Of a stretch of DNA of 64,000 nt, positions 1 through 10,154 are shown piece after piece. Within the stretch, counting starts at the first letter, position 1; every line of letters begins with the position of its first letter. The DNA is from Bacteroidales bacterium (GTDB lineage: Bacteria > Bacteroidota > Bacteroidia > Bacteroidales > F082). The stretch covers positions 9,519-73,518 of the forward strand of contig JAGCPG010000022.1 in the NCBI GenBank assembly GCA_017645245.1. Reading direction: 5' to 3'. The notes below the pieces were generated by a model that ran no database searches, was not told the origin of the DNA, and saw only the letters and a list, made by a program, of their open reading frames with translations. Made by a program: the position numbers and the translations under genes.

Positions 1-1155
1 CCATTTGCCGTTGCGGTAGCGGCTGATGCTGAAACGCTCCACGTGCTGCCCTTTCGTGATGTCTTCCTGTAACACCAGACAGCTTAAGGTAGTGGGGTTG
101 TCGAATGAAAAGACCTGCTCCTGAAGGTTGGCGTAAGGGTCGCTGCTGCTTGTTTTACAAGCTTTCATCAGATCTTCGGAAAAGAGGTTTTGCAGGGTTT
201 GATGCCACTCCACGGCACGCAGCGAGTCGATGGAGGGGATCCTCCCCTCTTTGTTGACGGGGAAATTCAAAAGCAGGTTGGCGTTGTGCCCCACGCTGTT
301 GAAATAGATGTCGAGCAGTTCCTCCAAGGCTTTGGGCTGTTCGCTTTCATGATAGAACCAACCGGGACGGATGGAGACGTCGACCTCCGCTGGCAGCCAG
401 GCATCGCCTACGGTACACCAAAGGGTGGGTGCCGCATAGCCGCGTTCGTTGCCAATCCAACGGATGGTCGGCACGGTGCCGCCAAAGACCATGGTTTCGG
501 GAGAACCACTGCAGACGATGGCTCTGGCTTTTTCAAAGTCATAATAGGTGTTGGCATCGATGGAGCGGGTTTCGTTGGCGCCACCATACCAGCCGTCACC
601 ACCGTTGGCACCATCAAACCAGAACTCGAAAAACGGTCCATAATTATAGGTTAGTTCCTGAATTTGTTGATGATACAGCTTGACATATTCCTCTGTCCCG
701 TAGGATGCCTGGTGGCGATCCCAAGGTGAGAGATACAATCCAAACCTCAAACCGTGCTTGCGGCAAGCCTCACAAAGCTCGCCCACCACATCGCCTTGTC
801 CATTTTTATATGGTGAGTTTTTGATGCAATAATCCGTGGTTTCCGTAGGCCAAAGACAGAACCCGTCGTGGTGCTTGGCGGTGAGGATCACGCCTTGCAT
901 GCCGCAGGCCTTTAGGGTCAGCACCCATTGTTCACAGTCCAAGTCAGTCGGATTGAAGGTGGAAGCCGGGGTGTCGCCATAGCCCCACTCCATATCGTTG
1001 AAAGTGTTCAAGCCAAAATGGATGAAGGCGTAGGTCTCCAGCTGTTGCCATTGTAGCTGGGCTTCGGTGGGTGTAGGACCAAGTGCTGTGGGCGTTTTGG
1101 AGCAAGCGGCGACAGCGGCCGTGACGATCAAAAGTATCAGTGTTTTTTTCATCAT
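1..1155 (-). CDS. alpha-L-fucosidase (GH29) with lipoprotein-type signal; 3' end runs off the window
   Basis: Own minus-strand translation from ATG at 1155 gives MMKKTLILLIVTAAVAACSK..., then HHDGFCLWPT, YLSPWDRH, FWFDGANGGDGWYGG and NANLLLNFPVNKEGRIP. The frame stays open to position 1, so it is absent from the ORF track (no in-window stop). Confidence 0.8.
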   Translation of the reverse strand, partial: MMKKTLILLIVTAAVAACSKTPTALGPTPTEAQLQWQQLETYAFIHFGLNTFNDMEWGYGDTPASTFNPTDLDCEQWVLTLKACGMQGVILTAKHHDGFCLWPTETTDYCIKNSPYKNGQGDVVGELCEACRKHGLRFGLYLSPWDRHQASYGTEEYVKLYHQQIQELTYNYGPFFEFWFDGANGGDGWYGGANETRSIDANTYYDFEKARAIVCSGSPETMVFGGTVPTIRWIGNERGYAAPTLWCTVGDAWLPAEVDVSIRPGWFYHESEQPKALEELLDIYFNSVGHNANLLLNFPVNKEGRIPSIDSLRAVEWHQTLQNLFSEDLMKACKTSSSDPYANLQEQVFSFDNPTTLSCLVLQEDITKGQHVERFSISRYRNGKW

Positions 1156-1210
1156 GATCGGAAACGAAAAGTGTTGTTTGAATGACTTGACAAATTTAGA
1201 GATTTTTTCA

Positions 1211-1218
1211 TATTTTTG
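1211..1218 (+). promoter_or_regulatory. Bacteroidota -7 promoter box (TAnnTTTG)
   Basis: tatttttg lies 48 nt upstream of ATG 1266, in the divergent gap to the fucosidase gene. Confidence 0.4.
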
Positions 1219-1265
1219 TAGGTTATTTGAATTCCGAGAACAATCAAAATAAACAATTCATACTA

Positions 1266-3749
1266 ATGAAAAAGCTTTACTTAACCTTATTTGCATTGAT
1301 TATCAGCTCAATGGCCTTTGCACAGGTCATTGTGGATGAAGGATTTGAAACCGGCAACACCGTCGGTCAGGCTCCTGTGGGCTGGATTTGCAGCGACAAC
1401 GGCTGGAAAGCTGGCATCACCATCCCGGACGACAACGAAGCCCGTGGACGCAAGCCACACACTGGCGACTGGTACATGTATGCCACCTATAACACCGATG
1501 TGTGGGCTTACAAGGAAATCAACGTGACCTCCGGCAGCTACTATCGCGTTTCGTTCTGGTATTCCACATGGCATGTCGATCACTTTAATCTGGAGGTCAA
1601 AGCCGGTGCAAGCGCCAATCCATCAGCGATGTCGGTTACCGTGATCCCAGAGTTTATTGTCGACAACGAGGAGTTTGAACAGGCTTCGGCAGTGTTCCAA
1701 GCACCTACTTCAGGTAGCTTCTACGTGGGCTTCCATAGCGTAGCCACCAACATGCCTTGGTATCTGTCGATCGACGATGTCATCATCGAAAATACTGCTC
1801 AATACTTTTTCAATGTGGAGCAACTCACCGCCGACACTTCGGTCTATTTTGGCGAATCGGCTTACCTGCGCTTCCTCCTCAGCAACACCGGAGAACAGCA
1901 GGACACCTACCAGTTCACCAATACTGGCACCTTGCCGATCGAGTTCTATCAAAACGGCTCACAGGTGAGTCAGGTTACCTTGGCTTACAACACCTCGGTA
2001 GAGATGATTGCCAAAGCTACCTTGCCGATGAACTTGACCAATGGCGAAGTTCTGCACGCCACCTTCGATGTGACCTCGTCACATTCCGCTCCGACCCAGT
2101 CGGCAGACTACACCATCACCGCCTTGGAGCCTATTCATACATTCCCGTTAATGGAAGGTTTCGATGGAACCACCTTCCCTCCCGCGGGTTGGCAGAACGT
2201 GGCGACCAACGGCAATTATAGCTATGAACGGGTGACCAGCAATGACTGGCCAGCATGTGCTCCTCACGAAGAGAGCGATGCGATGGCACGTTTTTACTGC
2301 TTCACCAGTCCGGCAGGCAGCTCCTGCAATTTGATCTCACCGAAGTTGCAGCTCAGTGCAACAGACAATACGGTCCGCTATTGGATCTTCCGTAATTTCA
2401 ACAACAACATCATGGGTCCTGACAGGATCAACGTGTACTACTCCCCGACTACCAACACCGCCGACGGCACCTTGCTCGGTACAGTTCACCGTAACACCAT
2501 GCTTGAACCCGTGGTGGGCGAAAACAACGACTGGTACGAGTACAGCTATACCTTCGACAGTCCTGAAGGCTACGGATTCGTGATTCTTGAGGCGGTCAGC
2601 GGCTACGGCTGGAACCTCTGCATCGACGACATCTATATCAACTCGACCTCTCAGGATAACAACCCGCCTACCATCGTATCACTGAAAGGCACCCAAACTT
2701 GGGCCGAGACCCCGATGGATCTGACCTTGAGAATCTATGACGAGTCGGGTGTGCCGGATCAAATGCAGGCTACTTACACCATCAACGGTCAGTCGCAGAA
2801 CATCACGTTCAACAAGTCAGCGAAATCCAATTACGACTTCACGGCTACCTTGCCGGCACAGCCGAATCACACCACAGCCACCATCGTCTTCCATTTGGCT
2901 GATGATTTGGGACACACCGCCGATTCCGATCCTTACGAATTGCATTGGGATTGGCAACGCCCGATTTTGCTGGAGACCTTCGAGGAATGTGACATCCTCT
3001 CCTTGCCTGAGGGTTGGACAACCGATGGCAACCCGACCTATTGGGATTGGAACGTCTTAAGCACGGTTTATTACACCGATTACTATGAAAATGATTTTGT
3101 TGTGGCGCCTCACGGTGGTATCAGACAAGCCGTTTTGGAATGGGACGACTACAACAACGACCCTCAAGACCAAACCTTGATCTCCCCTGTACTGACCATT
3201 GAAAGACCTGCTGTCTTGACTTTCTGGACTTGGGCCGAATACGGCGATCCCTTCTATGACCATTTCGTTGTTAGGATCTATGACTGCTGGGATGGCACTT
3301 GGTCCGACAAATGGGATTCCTACGATCATCCTACCGGGCAGATCAACTCTTACACCGAGCCTGTTTCGGTGGTTTTGGACCAATATATTGGCAAGAACAT
3401 CAAGATTGGATTCCGCGGCTACAACGCTGTGGGCGATTGCCTTGCTTCCGACTGGTTTATCGATGACATAAAGGTCGTGGCTACCGATACCCTCGGTCCG
3501 GTTTCCGTTTGTGAGGTTGACTTGAAGGCCAGCATCTATCCCAACCCCGTGGACGACCTGATGACCATCCGTGCTGATGAAAGCTTGCAACTCATCAGCA
3601 TCTACAACCTCCTTGGCGTCAAGGTGAAGGAAGTGGCCGACAACAGCAAGGAGACCGTCATCGACCTGTCGAAACTGGAAGCCGGCGTGTATATGATCGA
3701 GATTGTCGGCGTCAATAACAAGAGTGTCAAAACCTTTATCAAGCAATAA
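1266..3749 (+). CDS. secreted multi-domain protein with T9SS C-terminal sorting domain (choice-of-anchor-J/MAM-like repeats)
   Basis: Signal peptide MKKLYLTLFALIISSMAFAQ at an internal Met of ORF 1227..3749. Three repeats of an (E/D)GF(E/D)...P.GW module. The C-terminus (SIYPNPVDDLMTIRA...LSKLEAGVYMIEIV...KTFIKQ) is typical of a Por/T9SS CTD. Confidence 0.7.
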   Translation: MKKLYLTLFALIISSMAFAQVIVDEGFETGNTVGQAPVGWICSDNGWKAGITIPDDNEARGRKPHTGDWYMYATYNTDVWAYKEINVTSGSYYRVSFWYSTWHVDHFNLEVKAGASANPSAMSVTVIPEFIVDNEEFEQASAVFQAPTSGSFYVGFHSVATNMPWYLSIDDVIIENTAQYFFNVEQLTADTSVYFGESAYLRFLLSNTGEQQDTYQFTNTGTLPIEFYQNGSQVSQVTLAYNTSVEMIAKATLPMNLTNGEVLHATFDVTSSHSAPTQSADYTITALEPIHTFPLMEGFDGTTFPPAGWQNVATNGNYSYERVTSNDWPACAPHEESDAMARFYCFTSPAGSSCNLISPKLQLSATDNTVRYWIFRNFNNNIMGPDRINVYYSPTTNTADGTLLGTVHRNTMLEPVVGENNDWYEYSYTFDSPEGYGFVILEAVSGYGWNLCIDDIYINSTSQDNNPPTIVSLKGTQTWAETPMDLTLRIYDESGVPDQMQATYTINGQSQNITFNKSAKSNYDFTATLPAQPNHTTATIVFHLADDLGHTADSDPYELHWDWQRPILLETFEECDILSLPEGWTTDGNPTYWDWNVLSTVYYTDYYENDFVVAPHGGIRQAVLEWDDYNNDPQDQTLISPVLTIERPAVLTFWTWAEYGDPFYDHFVVRIYDCWDGTWSDKWDSYDHPTGQINSYTEPVSVVLDQYIGKNIKIGFRGYNAVGDCLASDWFIDDIKVVATDTLGPVSVCEVDLKASIYPNPVDDLMTIRADESLQLISIYNLLGVKVKEVADNSKETVIDLSKLEAGVYMIEIVGVNNKSVKTFIKQ

Positions 3750-3750
3750 T

Positions 3751-4896
3751 ATGGATATTCAAAAGATTAAAGAGAAATTCAACTCATTGTTTGGCAATGA
3801 GATGTTTGTATACACCTCCCCTGGCCGCATTAACTTGATCGGCGAACACACCGACTACAATGGCGGTTTCGTGTTTCCGGGAGCTATCGACAAAGGCATC
3901 TTTGCCTGCATCCGTTTGAACGGCACCAAGACAGTTCGAGCTTACTCCATGGATAAAGAAGATTACTGTGAGTTCGGACTTAACGAAGAAGATCTTCCAG
4001 AACAGCACTGGGCAAAATACCTTTTCGGTGTTTGCCGTGAGATAGCGAAGCGTGGTTACACCTTAGGAGGCTTTGATACTGTATTTGCAGGCGATGTGCC
4101 CATTGGCGCTGGCATGTCATCGTCGGCAGCTCTTGAAAGCACCTATGCATACGCACTAAACGAGCTGTTCAGCCTTGGCATTGACAAGTTTGAGTTGGCT
4201 CGTATCGGACAGATGACCGAGCATCATTATGTGGGCGTGAAATGCGGCATCATGGACCAGTTCGCCTCGCTCTTCGGCAAGGCTGGTCACCTGATGCGCC
4301 TTAATTGTGCCACCATGGAGTTCGAGTACTTCCCCTTCAACCCCAAGGGCTACAAGGTGGTGCTGCTCGACACTGTGGTGAAACACGAGCTGGCTTCGTC
4401 GGCCTACAACAAGCGCCGTGCCTCTTGCGAGAACGCCTGCGCCCATATTGCCGCCAAGCATCCCGAGGTGAAATACCTCAGCGATGCCACCCAGGACATG
4501 CTGGATGAAATCCGTCCCGAAATTTCAGGTGAGGACTACCTCCGCGCTTCCTACGTCATCGGCGAGAAGCAGCGTGTGCTGGATGTGTGTGACGCCTTGG
4601 AGAAGGACGATTACGAGACCGTGGGCAAGTGCATGTATGGCACTCATTTCGGCATGAGCAAGCTCTATGAGGTCAGCTGCGAGGAACTGGATTTCCTGAA
4701 CGACATCGCCAAGGAATGTGGCGTAACAGGTTCCCGTGTGATGGGTGGTGGCTTTGGCGGATGCACCATCAACCTGGTGAAGGATGGTCTTTACGATGCC
4801 TTTATCGCCACGGCAAAGGAGAAGTTTAATGCTAAATTCGGTCATGAGCCGAAGGTTTATGATGTTGTCATCTCAGATGGCGCCCGCAAACTCTAA
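3751..4896 (+). CDS. galK: galactokinase
   Basis: GRINLIGEHTDYNGGFVFP, GAGMSSSAALE and GGGFGGC GHMP-kinase motifs. Start MDIQKIKEKF lies 1 nt after the upstream stop. Confidence 0.9.
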   Translation: MDIQKIKEKFNSLFGNEMFVYTSPGRINLIGEHTDYNGGFVFPGAIDKGIFACIRLNGTKTVRAYSMDKEDYCEFGLNEEDLPEQHWAKYLFGVCREIAKRGYTLGGFDTVFAGDVPIGAGMSSSAALESTYAYALNELFSLGIDKFELARIGQMTEHHYVGVKCGIMDQFASLFGKAGHLMRLNCATMEFEYFPFNPKGYKVVLLDTVVKHELASSAYNKRRASCENACAHIAAKHPEVKYLSDATQDMLDEIRPEISGEDYLRASYVIGEKQRVLDVCDALEKDDYETVGKCMYGTHFGMSKLYEVSCEELDFLNDIAKECGVTGSRVMGGGFGGCTINLVKDGLYDAFIATAKEKFNAKFGHEPKVYDVVISDGARKL

Positions 4897-4925
4897 ATTC
4901 TAAATTCATAATTCTTAATTATACA

Positions 4926-5828
4926 ATGAAACCAACATTATTAGTTTTAGCTGCAGGCATGGGCTCTCGTTATGGCGCCCTGAAGCAGATGGACGGCGTC
5001 GGTCCCAACAACGAGGCCATCCTTGATTATTCAATTTTTGACGCCAAGCGCGCCGGTTTCGGCAAGGTGGTCTTCGTGATTCGTGAAGACTTTGCCGAGG
5101 CTTTCAAGAAAGTCAACAACACGGAGAAATTCGGTCTCCCCGTGGAGTATGTGTATCAGTCGCTCGACAAGCTGCCGGCAGGTTTCAGCGTTCCTGAAGG
5201 CCGTGTGAAGCCTTGGGGAACATGCCATGCCGTGCTGATGGCCAAGGATGTGATCCACGAGCCGTTTGCCGCCATCAATGCCGATGATTTCTATGGCAAG
5301 GAAGCCTATGAAGTGCTGGCCAACTACCTCAAGTCTTGCGAAGGCAAGAAAGGCGCCTACAGCATGGTAGCCTATAAGCTGCGCAACACCATGTCGGACT
5401 TTGGCACGGTGAGCCGCGGCATCTGCACCGCTGACGCTGAAGGCCATCTCCAAACTATCGTAGAGCGCACGGCCATCGGCCACACTCCCGACGGCGGCGC
5501 TGCCTACACTGACGAGACTGGCTCCCACCCTCTTGACATGGACTCATTGGTCTCCATGAACTTTTTCGGCTTCACGCCTGATTTCTTCGCCTATTCCGAG
5601 AGGGGCTTCGTCGAGTTCCTGAAAGGCCCTGCCCAGACCAACATCAAGGCAGAGTTCTTCATCCCGCTGATGGTCAACCAGAGCATCAACGACGGCACCG
5701 CCAAGCTGAAGGTCCTGTCGAGCAACGCCTCTTGGTTTGGTGTCACCTACAAGGAGGACAAACCCGATGTCGTGAAAAAGATCCAGAACCTGATCGACAA
5801 GGGCGTTTATCCGAAAAATCTTTGGTAA
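4926..5828 (+). CDS. sugar-phosphate nucleotidyltransferase family protein
   Basis: N-terminal LVLAAGMGSRYGALKQMD (G-x-G-t-R NTP-transferase signature). 300 aa, directly downstream of galK. Confidence 0.65.
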   Translation: MKPTLLVLAAGMGSRYGALKQMDGVGPNNEAILDYSIFDAKRAGFGKVVFVIREDFAEAFKKVNNTEKFGLPVEYVYQSLDKLPAGFSVPEGRVKPWGTCHAVLMAKDVIHEPFAAINADDFYGKEAYEVLANYLKSCEGKKGAYSMVAYKLRNTMSDFGTVSRGICTADAEGHLQTIVERTAIGHTPDGGAAYTDETGSHPLDMDSLVSMNFFGFTPDFFAYSERGFVEFLKGPAQTNIKAEFFIPLMVNQSINDGTAKLKVLSSNASWFGVTYKEDKPDVVKKIQNLIDKGVYPKNLW

Positions 5829-5848
5829 TTTTTAAATCAAATCATACT

Positions 5849-7141
5849 ATGGAAAAAAAGCAGAACTACACCATACCGATCATTGTGATGATCCTTTTGT
5901 TCGGTATGATTTCTTTTGTCACTAACCTGGCCTCGCCTATGGGCGACATCCTGAAGAACCAGTTCAACATTCCGAACTGGCAAGGCACCTTGGGCGTCTT
6001 CGCCAACTTTATCGCTTATGCCGTCATGGGCATCCCTTCAGGCAACCTGCTGCAAAAGAAAGGTTACAAGAAGACGGCACTCATCGCTGTTATCGTGGGC
6101 TTTGTCGGTGTCGGCATCCAGACGCTTTCGGGCGTGTTCAGCAGCTTTGGAGTCTATCTCCTTGGCGCATTTGTGGCCGGCTTCAGCATGTGCTTGCTCA
6201 ACACCGTGGTCAACCCGATGCTGAACCGTTTGGGTGGCGGCGGCAACCACGGCAACCAGCTGATCCAGATTGGCGGTTCGTTCAACTCCCTCTGCGGTAC
6301 GGCCGTCATCATCATCACGGGCTTGCTGATCCCCAGCATCATGGATGCCAAGATCAGTGACGTGTTCCCGCTGATGTACACTGCTTTGGGTATCTTCGCC
6401 TTCGCCTTCATCGTAATCTTGCTGACCAAGATTCCGGAGAATGAAAAGAAGGAAGAAGCTGTTGCTCAAGTTGAGAAAGGTAAAGGCCCCATGGCGTTCC
6501 GTCACTTCGTGCTCGGTGCCATCGCCATCTTCATTTATGTTGGCGTTGAGGTCGGTATTCCGAATGTCTTGAACAAGTGGCTCCAGAACCCTGAACTGAA
6601 CGTGTTGGGCGCTGGTGTCAACGCTGAGGCTGTGGCTGGCTCTGTTGCAGCTACCTATTGGTTCTTAATGTTGATTGGTCGCTTGGTTGGTGGCATCATT
6701 GGCAACAAGGTCTCTGCAAAGGCTATGCTTACCGTCGTTTCGGTAGTGGGTATCATCCTGACGCTGTTGGCCATGTTTGGACCTCAGACCATGGTGAAGT
6801 TCCCCGCCTTCAATGGCGCCAAGGGCTTCGGTTTGGAAAACATTCCGCTGAACGCCGCATTCCTAGTGTGCATCGGTTTGTGCACTTCGGTGATGTGGGG
6901 TGGCATCTTCAATCTGGCCGTTGAAGGTCTGGGAAAATACACTGAGAAGGCTTCAGGCATCTTCATGGCCTTGGTCTGCGGTGGCGGTATCCTGCCGTTA
7001 CTCCAAAACGCCATCGTTGATGGTCTGGGCGGCGTTGGCTACCTCCAGAGCTATTGGGTCATCGTTATTGGATTGGCGTTCTTGCTCTTCTACGCCCTCG
7101 TGGGATCAAAAAATGTCAACAAGGATATTCCAGTGGAATAA
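5849..7141 (+). CDS. MFS sugar transporter (glucose/galactose or FucP-type)
   Basis: Start MEKKQNYTIPIIVMILLFGM at an internal Met of ORF 5732..7141. About 12 hydrophobic segments. Sits in the galK cluster. Confidence 0.75.
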   Translation: MEKKQNYTIPIIVMILLFGMISFVTNLASPMGDILKNQFNIPNWQGTLGVFANFIAYAVMGIPSGNLLQKKGYKKTALIAVIVGFVGVGIQTLSGVFSSFGVYLLGAFVAGFSMCLLNTVVNPMLNRLGGGGNHGNQLIQIGGSFNSLCGTAVIIITGLLIPSIMDAKISDVFPLMYTALGIFAFAFIVILLTKIPENEKKEEAVAQVEKGKGPMAFRHFVLGAIAIFIYVGVEVGIPNVLNKWLQNPELNVLGAGVNAEAVAGSVAATYWFLMLIGRLVGGIIGNKVSAKAMLTVVSVVGIILTLLAMFGPQTMVKFPAFNGAKGFGLENIPLNAAFLVCIGLCTSVMWGGIFNLAVEGLGKYTEKASGIFMALVCGGGILPLLQNAIVDGLGGVGYLQSYWVIVIGLAFLLFYALVGSKNVNKDIPVE

Positions 7142-7149
7142 TATAACAC

Positions 7150-7185
7150 GTAGAGACGTGCCATGGCGCGTCTCTACTTCTTTTT
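7150..7185 (+). terminator. rho-independent terminator after the transporter gene
   Basis: gtagagacg (7150-7158) pairs with cgtctctac (7169-7177), followed by ttcttttt. It overlaps the 3' end of the convergent DUF1846 gene. Confidence 0.5.
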
Positions 7186-8637
7186 CACAGGATCACAAGT
7201 CAACCCCACGCCGAGCTTGCTGAAGATCTTACGATCAACCTCGCTGAGCATCACGGTTGAATGCACCTGACAACCTTCAAACTGCGGGAGGACTTCCAAA
7301 GCCTTCCTGCAGTTTTCGTTTTCAGGACTGAGCACCGAGAGGGCAATGAGCACTTCGTCCGTATGCAATCTTGGGTTGTTGCCTCGGAGGTATTCCACCT
7401 TGGTCTTCTGGATAGGCTCGATCATGTACTGTGGAATGAGCTTGAGGTCGTGGTCGATGCCAGCCAGATGCTTGGTGGCGTTGAGGATGAGCGCGGCACT
7501 GGGTCCCAGCAAGGCGCTGGTCTCGGCGGTGATGATGGTGCCGTCATCCAACTCAATGGCCGTGCAGTCCACACCGCTGCGTTCCTTGCGTTCCCTGGCG
7601 GCAACCACGCATTTGCGATCCTCAACAGTGATCTTTGCCTGGTTAAGCAGCATGGAGATCTTGCTGACCTCGTTCTCGTTGCAGCCTCCCTCCGCCATGG
7701 TGTTCAAGGCGGTGAAATAACGGCGGATGATCTCTTCCTTGGCGGCTTTGCAGCATATCTCGTCATCGCTGATGCAGAAGCCCACCATGTTGACGCCCAT
7801 GTCGGTAGGCGACTTGTAGGGGCATTTGCCGTAGATGCCGTCAAACAGGGCGTTCAGCACGGGAAAGATCTCGATGTCGCGGTTGTAGTTGATGGCGATC
7901 TTGCCGTAGGCATCCAGATGGAACGGGTCGATCATGTTCACGTCGTTGAGGTCGGCGGTGGCGGCTTCGTAGGCCATATTGACGGGATGCTTCAGCGGCA
8001 GGCTCCACACTGGGAAAGTCTCAAACTTGGCATAACCTGCGTTAATGCCGCGTTTCTGCTCGTTGTAGAGCTGACTAAGACAAACGGCCATCTTGCCGCT
8101 GCCGGGCCCTGGTGCCGTGACGATGACCAAGGGGCGTGTCGTCTCCACATAGTCGTTCTTGCCGAAACCCTCCTCAGAGTCGATCAAAGCCACATTGTGC
8201 GGATAGCCGTCGATGAGGAAATGGTAATAAGCCTTGATGCCCAGATGCTCCAAACGGTTGTGGAAAGCTGATGCGCTGCTCTGTCCGTTGTAATGGGTGA
8301 TGACCACGCCACTCACCAGGAAACCACGTTTCATGAACTCATTGCGAAGGCGCAACACGTCTACATCGTAGGTGATGCCCAAGTCGCTGCGCACCTTGTT
8401 TTTCTCGATGTCGGTAGCGCTGATCACGATAACGATCTCGGCACTGTCGCTGAGGTTTTGCAGCATACGCAGCTTACTGTCGGGTTGAAAACCGGGTAAC
8501 ACGCGGCTGGCGTGGTGGTCATCGAAAAGCTTCCCCCCCAGTTCAAGGTAAAGCTTGTTGCCGAACTCCTGAATCCGCTCGCGGATATGCTCGGACTGTA
8601 TCTTGAGATATTTCTCGTTGTCAAATCCGTATTTCAT
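7174..8637 (-). CDS. DUF1846 (UPF0371) family protein
   Basis: 487 aa. N-terminus MKYGFDNEKYLKIQSEHIRERI...GGKLFDDHHASRVLPGF matches the family as recalled. Confidence 0.75.
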   Translation of the reverse strand: MKYGFDNEKYLKIQSEHIRERIQEFGNKLYLELGGKLFDDHHASRVLPGFQPDSKLRMLQNLSDSAEIVIVISATDIEKNKVRSDLGITYDVDVLRLRNEFMKRGFLVSGVVITHYNGQSSASAFHNRLEHLGIKAYYHFLIDGYPHNVALIDSEEGFGKNDYVETTRPLVIVTAPGPGSGKMAVCLSQLYNEQKRGINAGYAKFETFPVWSLPLKHPVNMAYEAATADLNDVNMIDPFHLDAYGKIAINYNRDIEIFPVLNALFDGIYGKCPYKSPTDMGVNMVGFCISDDEICCKAAKEEIIRRYFTALNTMAEGGCNENEVSKISMLLNQAKITVEDRKCVVAARERKERSGVDCTAIELDDGTIITAETSALLGPSAALILNATKHLAGIDHDLKLIPQYMIEPIQKTKVEYLRGNNPRLHTDEVLIALSVLSPENENCRKALEVLPQFEGCQVHSTVMLSEVDRKIFSKLGVGLTCDPVKKK

Positions 8638-8649
8638 AACGGAAACTTG

Positions 8650-8994
8650 CTAGTTTTTGTTACCGCTGTTGTTATTGTTCTTGTTTTTGTTGAACAAGTT
8701 CGAGAGCCAGTTGGTGTCGGCTTTCGGGCTGACCTCACGGCAAGTCACCTGACCCCATCCCACGATTTCCTTCGCTTTGTCGTTGCAGGTGCCGGTCTCG
8801 ATAATGTAAACATTGTATCTCGCATCCAACGAATCGATGGCTGCGGCGGTCATCTCGCCCAATTCGATATCTTCTCCCAAAGAAACGTCCTTGCCATCTA
8901 CAACGGCGTAACACTGGCAATATTTCTGCTTTTTGCAGGAATCGAAACTAATCAACATAACTGCCAACAGGGCGAACAACAACAATTTTTTCAT
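8650..8994 (-). CDS. small lipoprotein, unknown function
   Basis: MKKLLLFALLAVMLISFDSC lipobox. The longer ORF-track start (9030) would include the -7 box at 9010-9017. Confidence 0.5.
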   Translation of the reverse strand: MKKLLLFALLAVMLISFDSCKKQKYCQCYAVVDGKDVSLGEDIELGEMTAAAIDSLDARYNVYIIETGTCNDKAKEIVGWGQVTCREVSPKADTNWLSNLFNKNKNNNNSGNKN

Positions 8995-9009
8995 TTTTCC
9001 AATTTTTTG

Positions 9010-9017
9010 CAAAGATA
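9010..9017 (-). promoter_or_regulatory. -7 promoter box (TATCTTTG on minus strand)
   Basis: The reverse complement of caaagata is tatctttg, 16 nt upstream of ATG 8994. Confidence 0.4.
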
Positions 9018-9037
9018 TATAAAAATCCAATGGCGCA

Positions 9038-9502
9038 TCAATAACCTTTCAATTGCTTTTCCACATCGCGTTTCGAGTCCTTGGTTTTCAAGCTCTCGCG
9101 CTTGTCGTAGTAATGCTTGCCCCGAGCCAAGGCGATGTCGACTTTTGCCAATCCCTTGTCGTTGATGAAAAGCAACACAGGGATGATGGTCAAGCCCTTC
9201 TCCTGCACCTTGGTCTTGAGCTTGCGGAGCTCGCGCGTGGTCAGCAGCAGCTTGCGGTCACGCTTGGGATCGTGGTTGTTGTAGGTGCCTTTGTCGTACT
9301 CGGCGATATGCATCCCCACCACGAACAACTCTTCGCCCTTGAAGGTACAATACGACTCAGCCAGACTAGCCTTCCCGTTGCGGATCGACTTGATTTCCGT
9401 ACCCGTCAGCACAATGCCTGCCGTGATTTGGTCCAACAGGAAATACTCGTGTTCGGCGCGTTTGTTTTTGATATTAATGGCGTTGCTATTCTTCTTTTCC
9501 AT
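9038..9502 (-). CDS. smpB: SsrA-binding protein
   Basis: [40 protein letters not shown] and a basic C-terminal tail. 154 aa. Confidence 0.9.
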   Translation of the reverse strand: MEKKNSNAINIKNKRAEHEYFLLDQITAGIVLTGTEIKSIRNGKASLAESYCTFKGEELFVVGMHIAEYDKGTYNNHDPKRDRKLLLTTRELRKLKTKVQEKGLTIIPVLLFINDKGLAKVDIALARGKHYYDKRESLKTKDSKRDVEKQLKGY

Positions 9503-9503
9503 A

Positions 9504-10070
9504 TTAAAAACCGTGACAATAACCGACCCTAATCACAAATGGATTGGCGTAGGGACTGTTGTAGTTGCCTAAGTCGTCATATCCCCACGAAAGGTTGTAC
9601 AGGAAGGCGTAATAAACAAAGTCTGTTTCAGAGAAATATTGGCGGTATCCAGCTCCTACAAAGACGGAGTTATACCAACTTGGAGCCGTTGGATTCACAG
9701 CCTCGCCACGAACCAACAGGCACATCTCCTCATCTTCCACATGGAGATACAACCCTCTGAAAATTTCACAGTTGGCATAGACGGCACCGCTGAAGAAATG
9801 GCAATAATAGCTGCCATAGTAATTGTTGCCGTAATTGTAGTTAAGTTGGTAGCCCAAACGCACACCCATCTCCAGACTGCGGGTCAGGCGGTAACCGGCT
9901 TGTGGTGCCACACCGATGTTCAAGCTGCGTCCATAAAAGCCGGCATCAAAGTTGCCACCAACCACGAACTTGCCTTTCATGGATTCAGGACCGCCGAATA
10001 TTTGAGCTTGGGCCTGAACCAATAAGGCAGAACAGCATAGGAATAAAGCCAATGAGACAATTCTTTTCAT
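9504..10070 (-). CDS. outer-membrane beta-barrel (porin-family) protein
   Basis: Signal peptide [22 protein letters not shown], alternating Gly/Tyr-rich beta-strand pattern, C-terminal aromatic residue (..VGYCHGF). Confidence 0.55.
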   Translation of the reverse strand: MKRIVSLALFLCCSALLVQAQAQIFGGPESMKGKFVVGGNFDAGFYGRSLNIGVAPQAGYRLTRSLEMGVRLGYQLNYNYGNNYYGSYYCHFFSGAVYANCEIFRGLYLHVEDEEMCLLVRGEAVNPTAPSWYNSVFVGAGYRQYFSETDFVYYAFLYNLSWGYDDLGNYNSPYANPFVIRVGYCHGF

Positions 10071-10091
10071 AAAATGAATACTATTTTGCGG

Positions 10092-10099
10092 CAAAGATA
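10092..10099 (-). promoter_or_regulatory. -7 promoter box (TATCTTTG on minus strand)
   Basis: caaagata on the plus strand, 22 nt upstream of ATG 10070. Confidence 0.4.
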
Positions 10100-10130
10100 G
10101 TTAATAATAGGCAATTTGACCGAAAATATC

Positions 10131-10138
10131 TAATTTTG
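10131..10138 (+). promoter_or_regulatory. -7 promoter box (TAATTTTG)
   Basis: taattttg lies 17 nt upstream of ATG 10155. Confidence 0.4.
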
Positions 10139-10154
10139 TCCCAAATTTCATGGT

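Noticed and set aside
190-683. Plus-strand ORFs 190..654 and 429..683.
   Set aside because: They are antisense shadows of the GH29 fucosidase gene, which has clear family motifs on the minus strand.
7261-8271. A 336-aa plus-strand ORF, and similar long antisense ORFs (15911..16561+, 26107..26976-, 29076..29840+, 37353..38009-, 21444..22061+, 3057..3746-).
   Set aside because: Each lies entirely opposite a gene with strong family motifs. The products are Val/Gly/Asp/His-rich, as is typical of antisense frames in G+C-balanced coding DNA.
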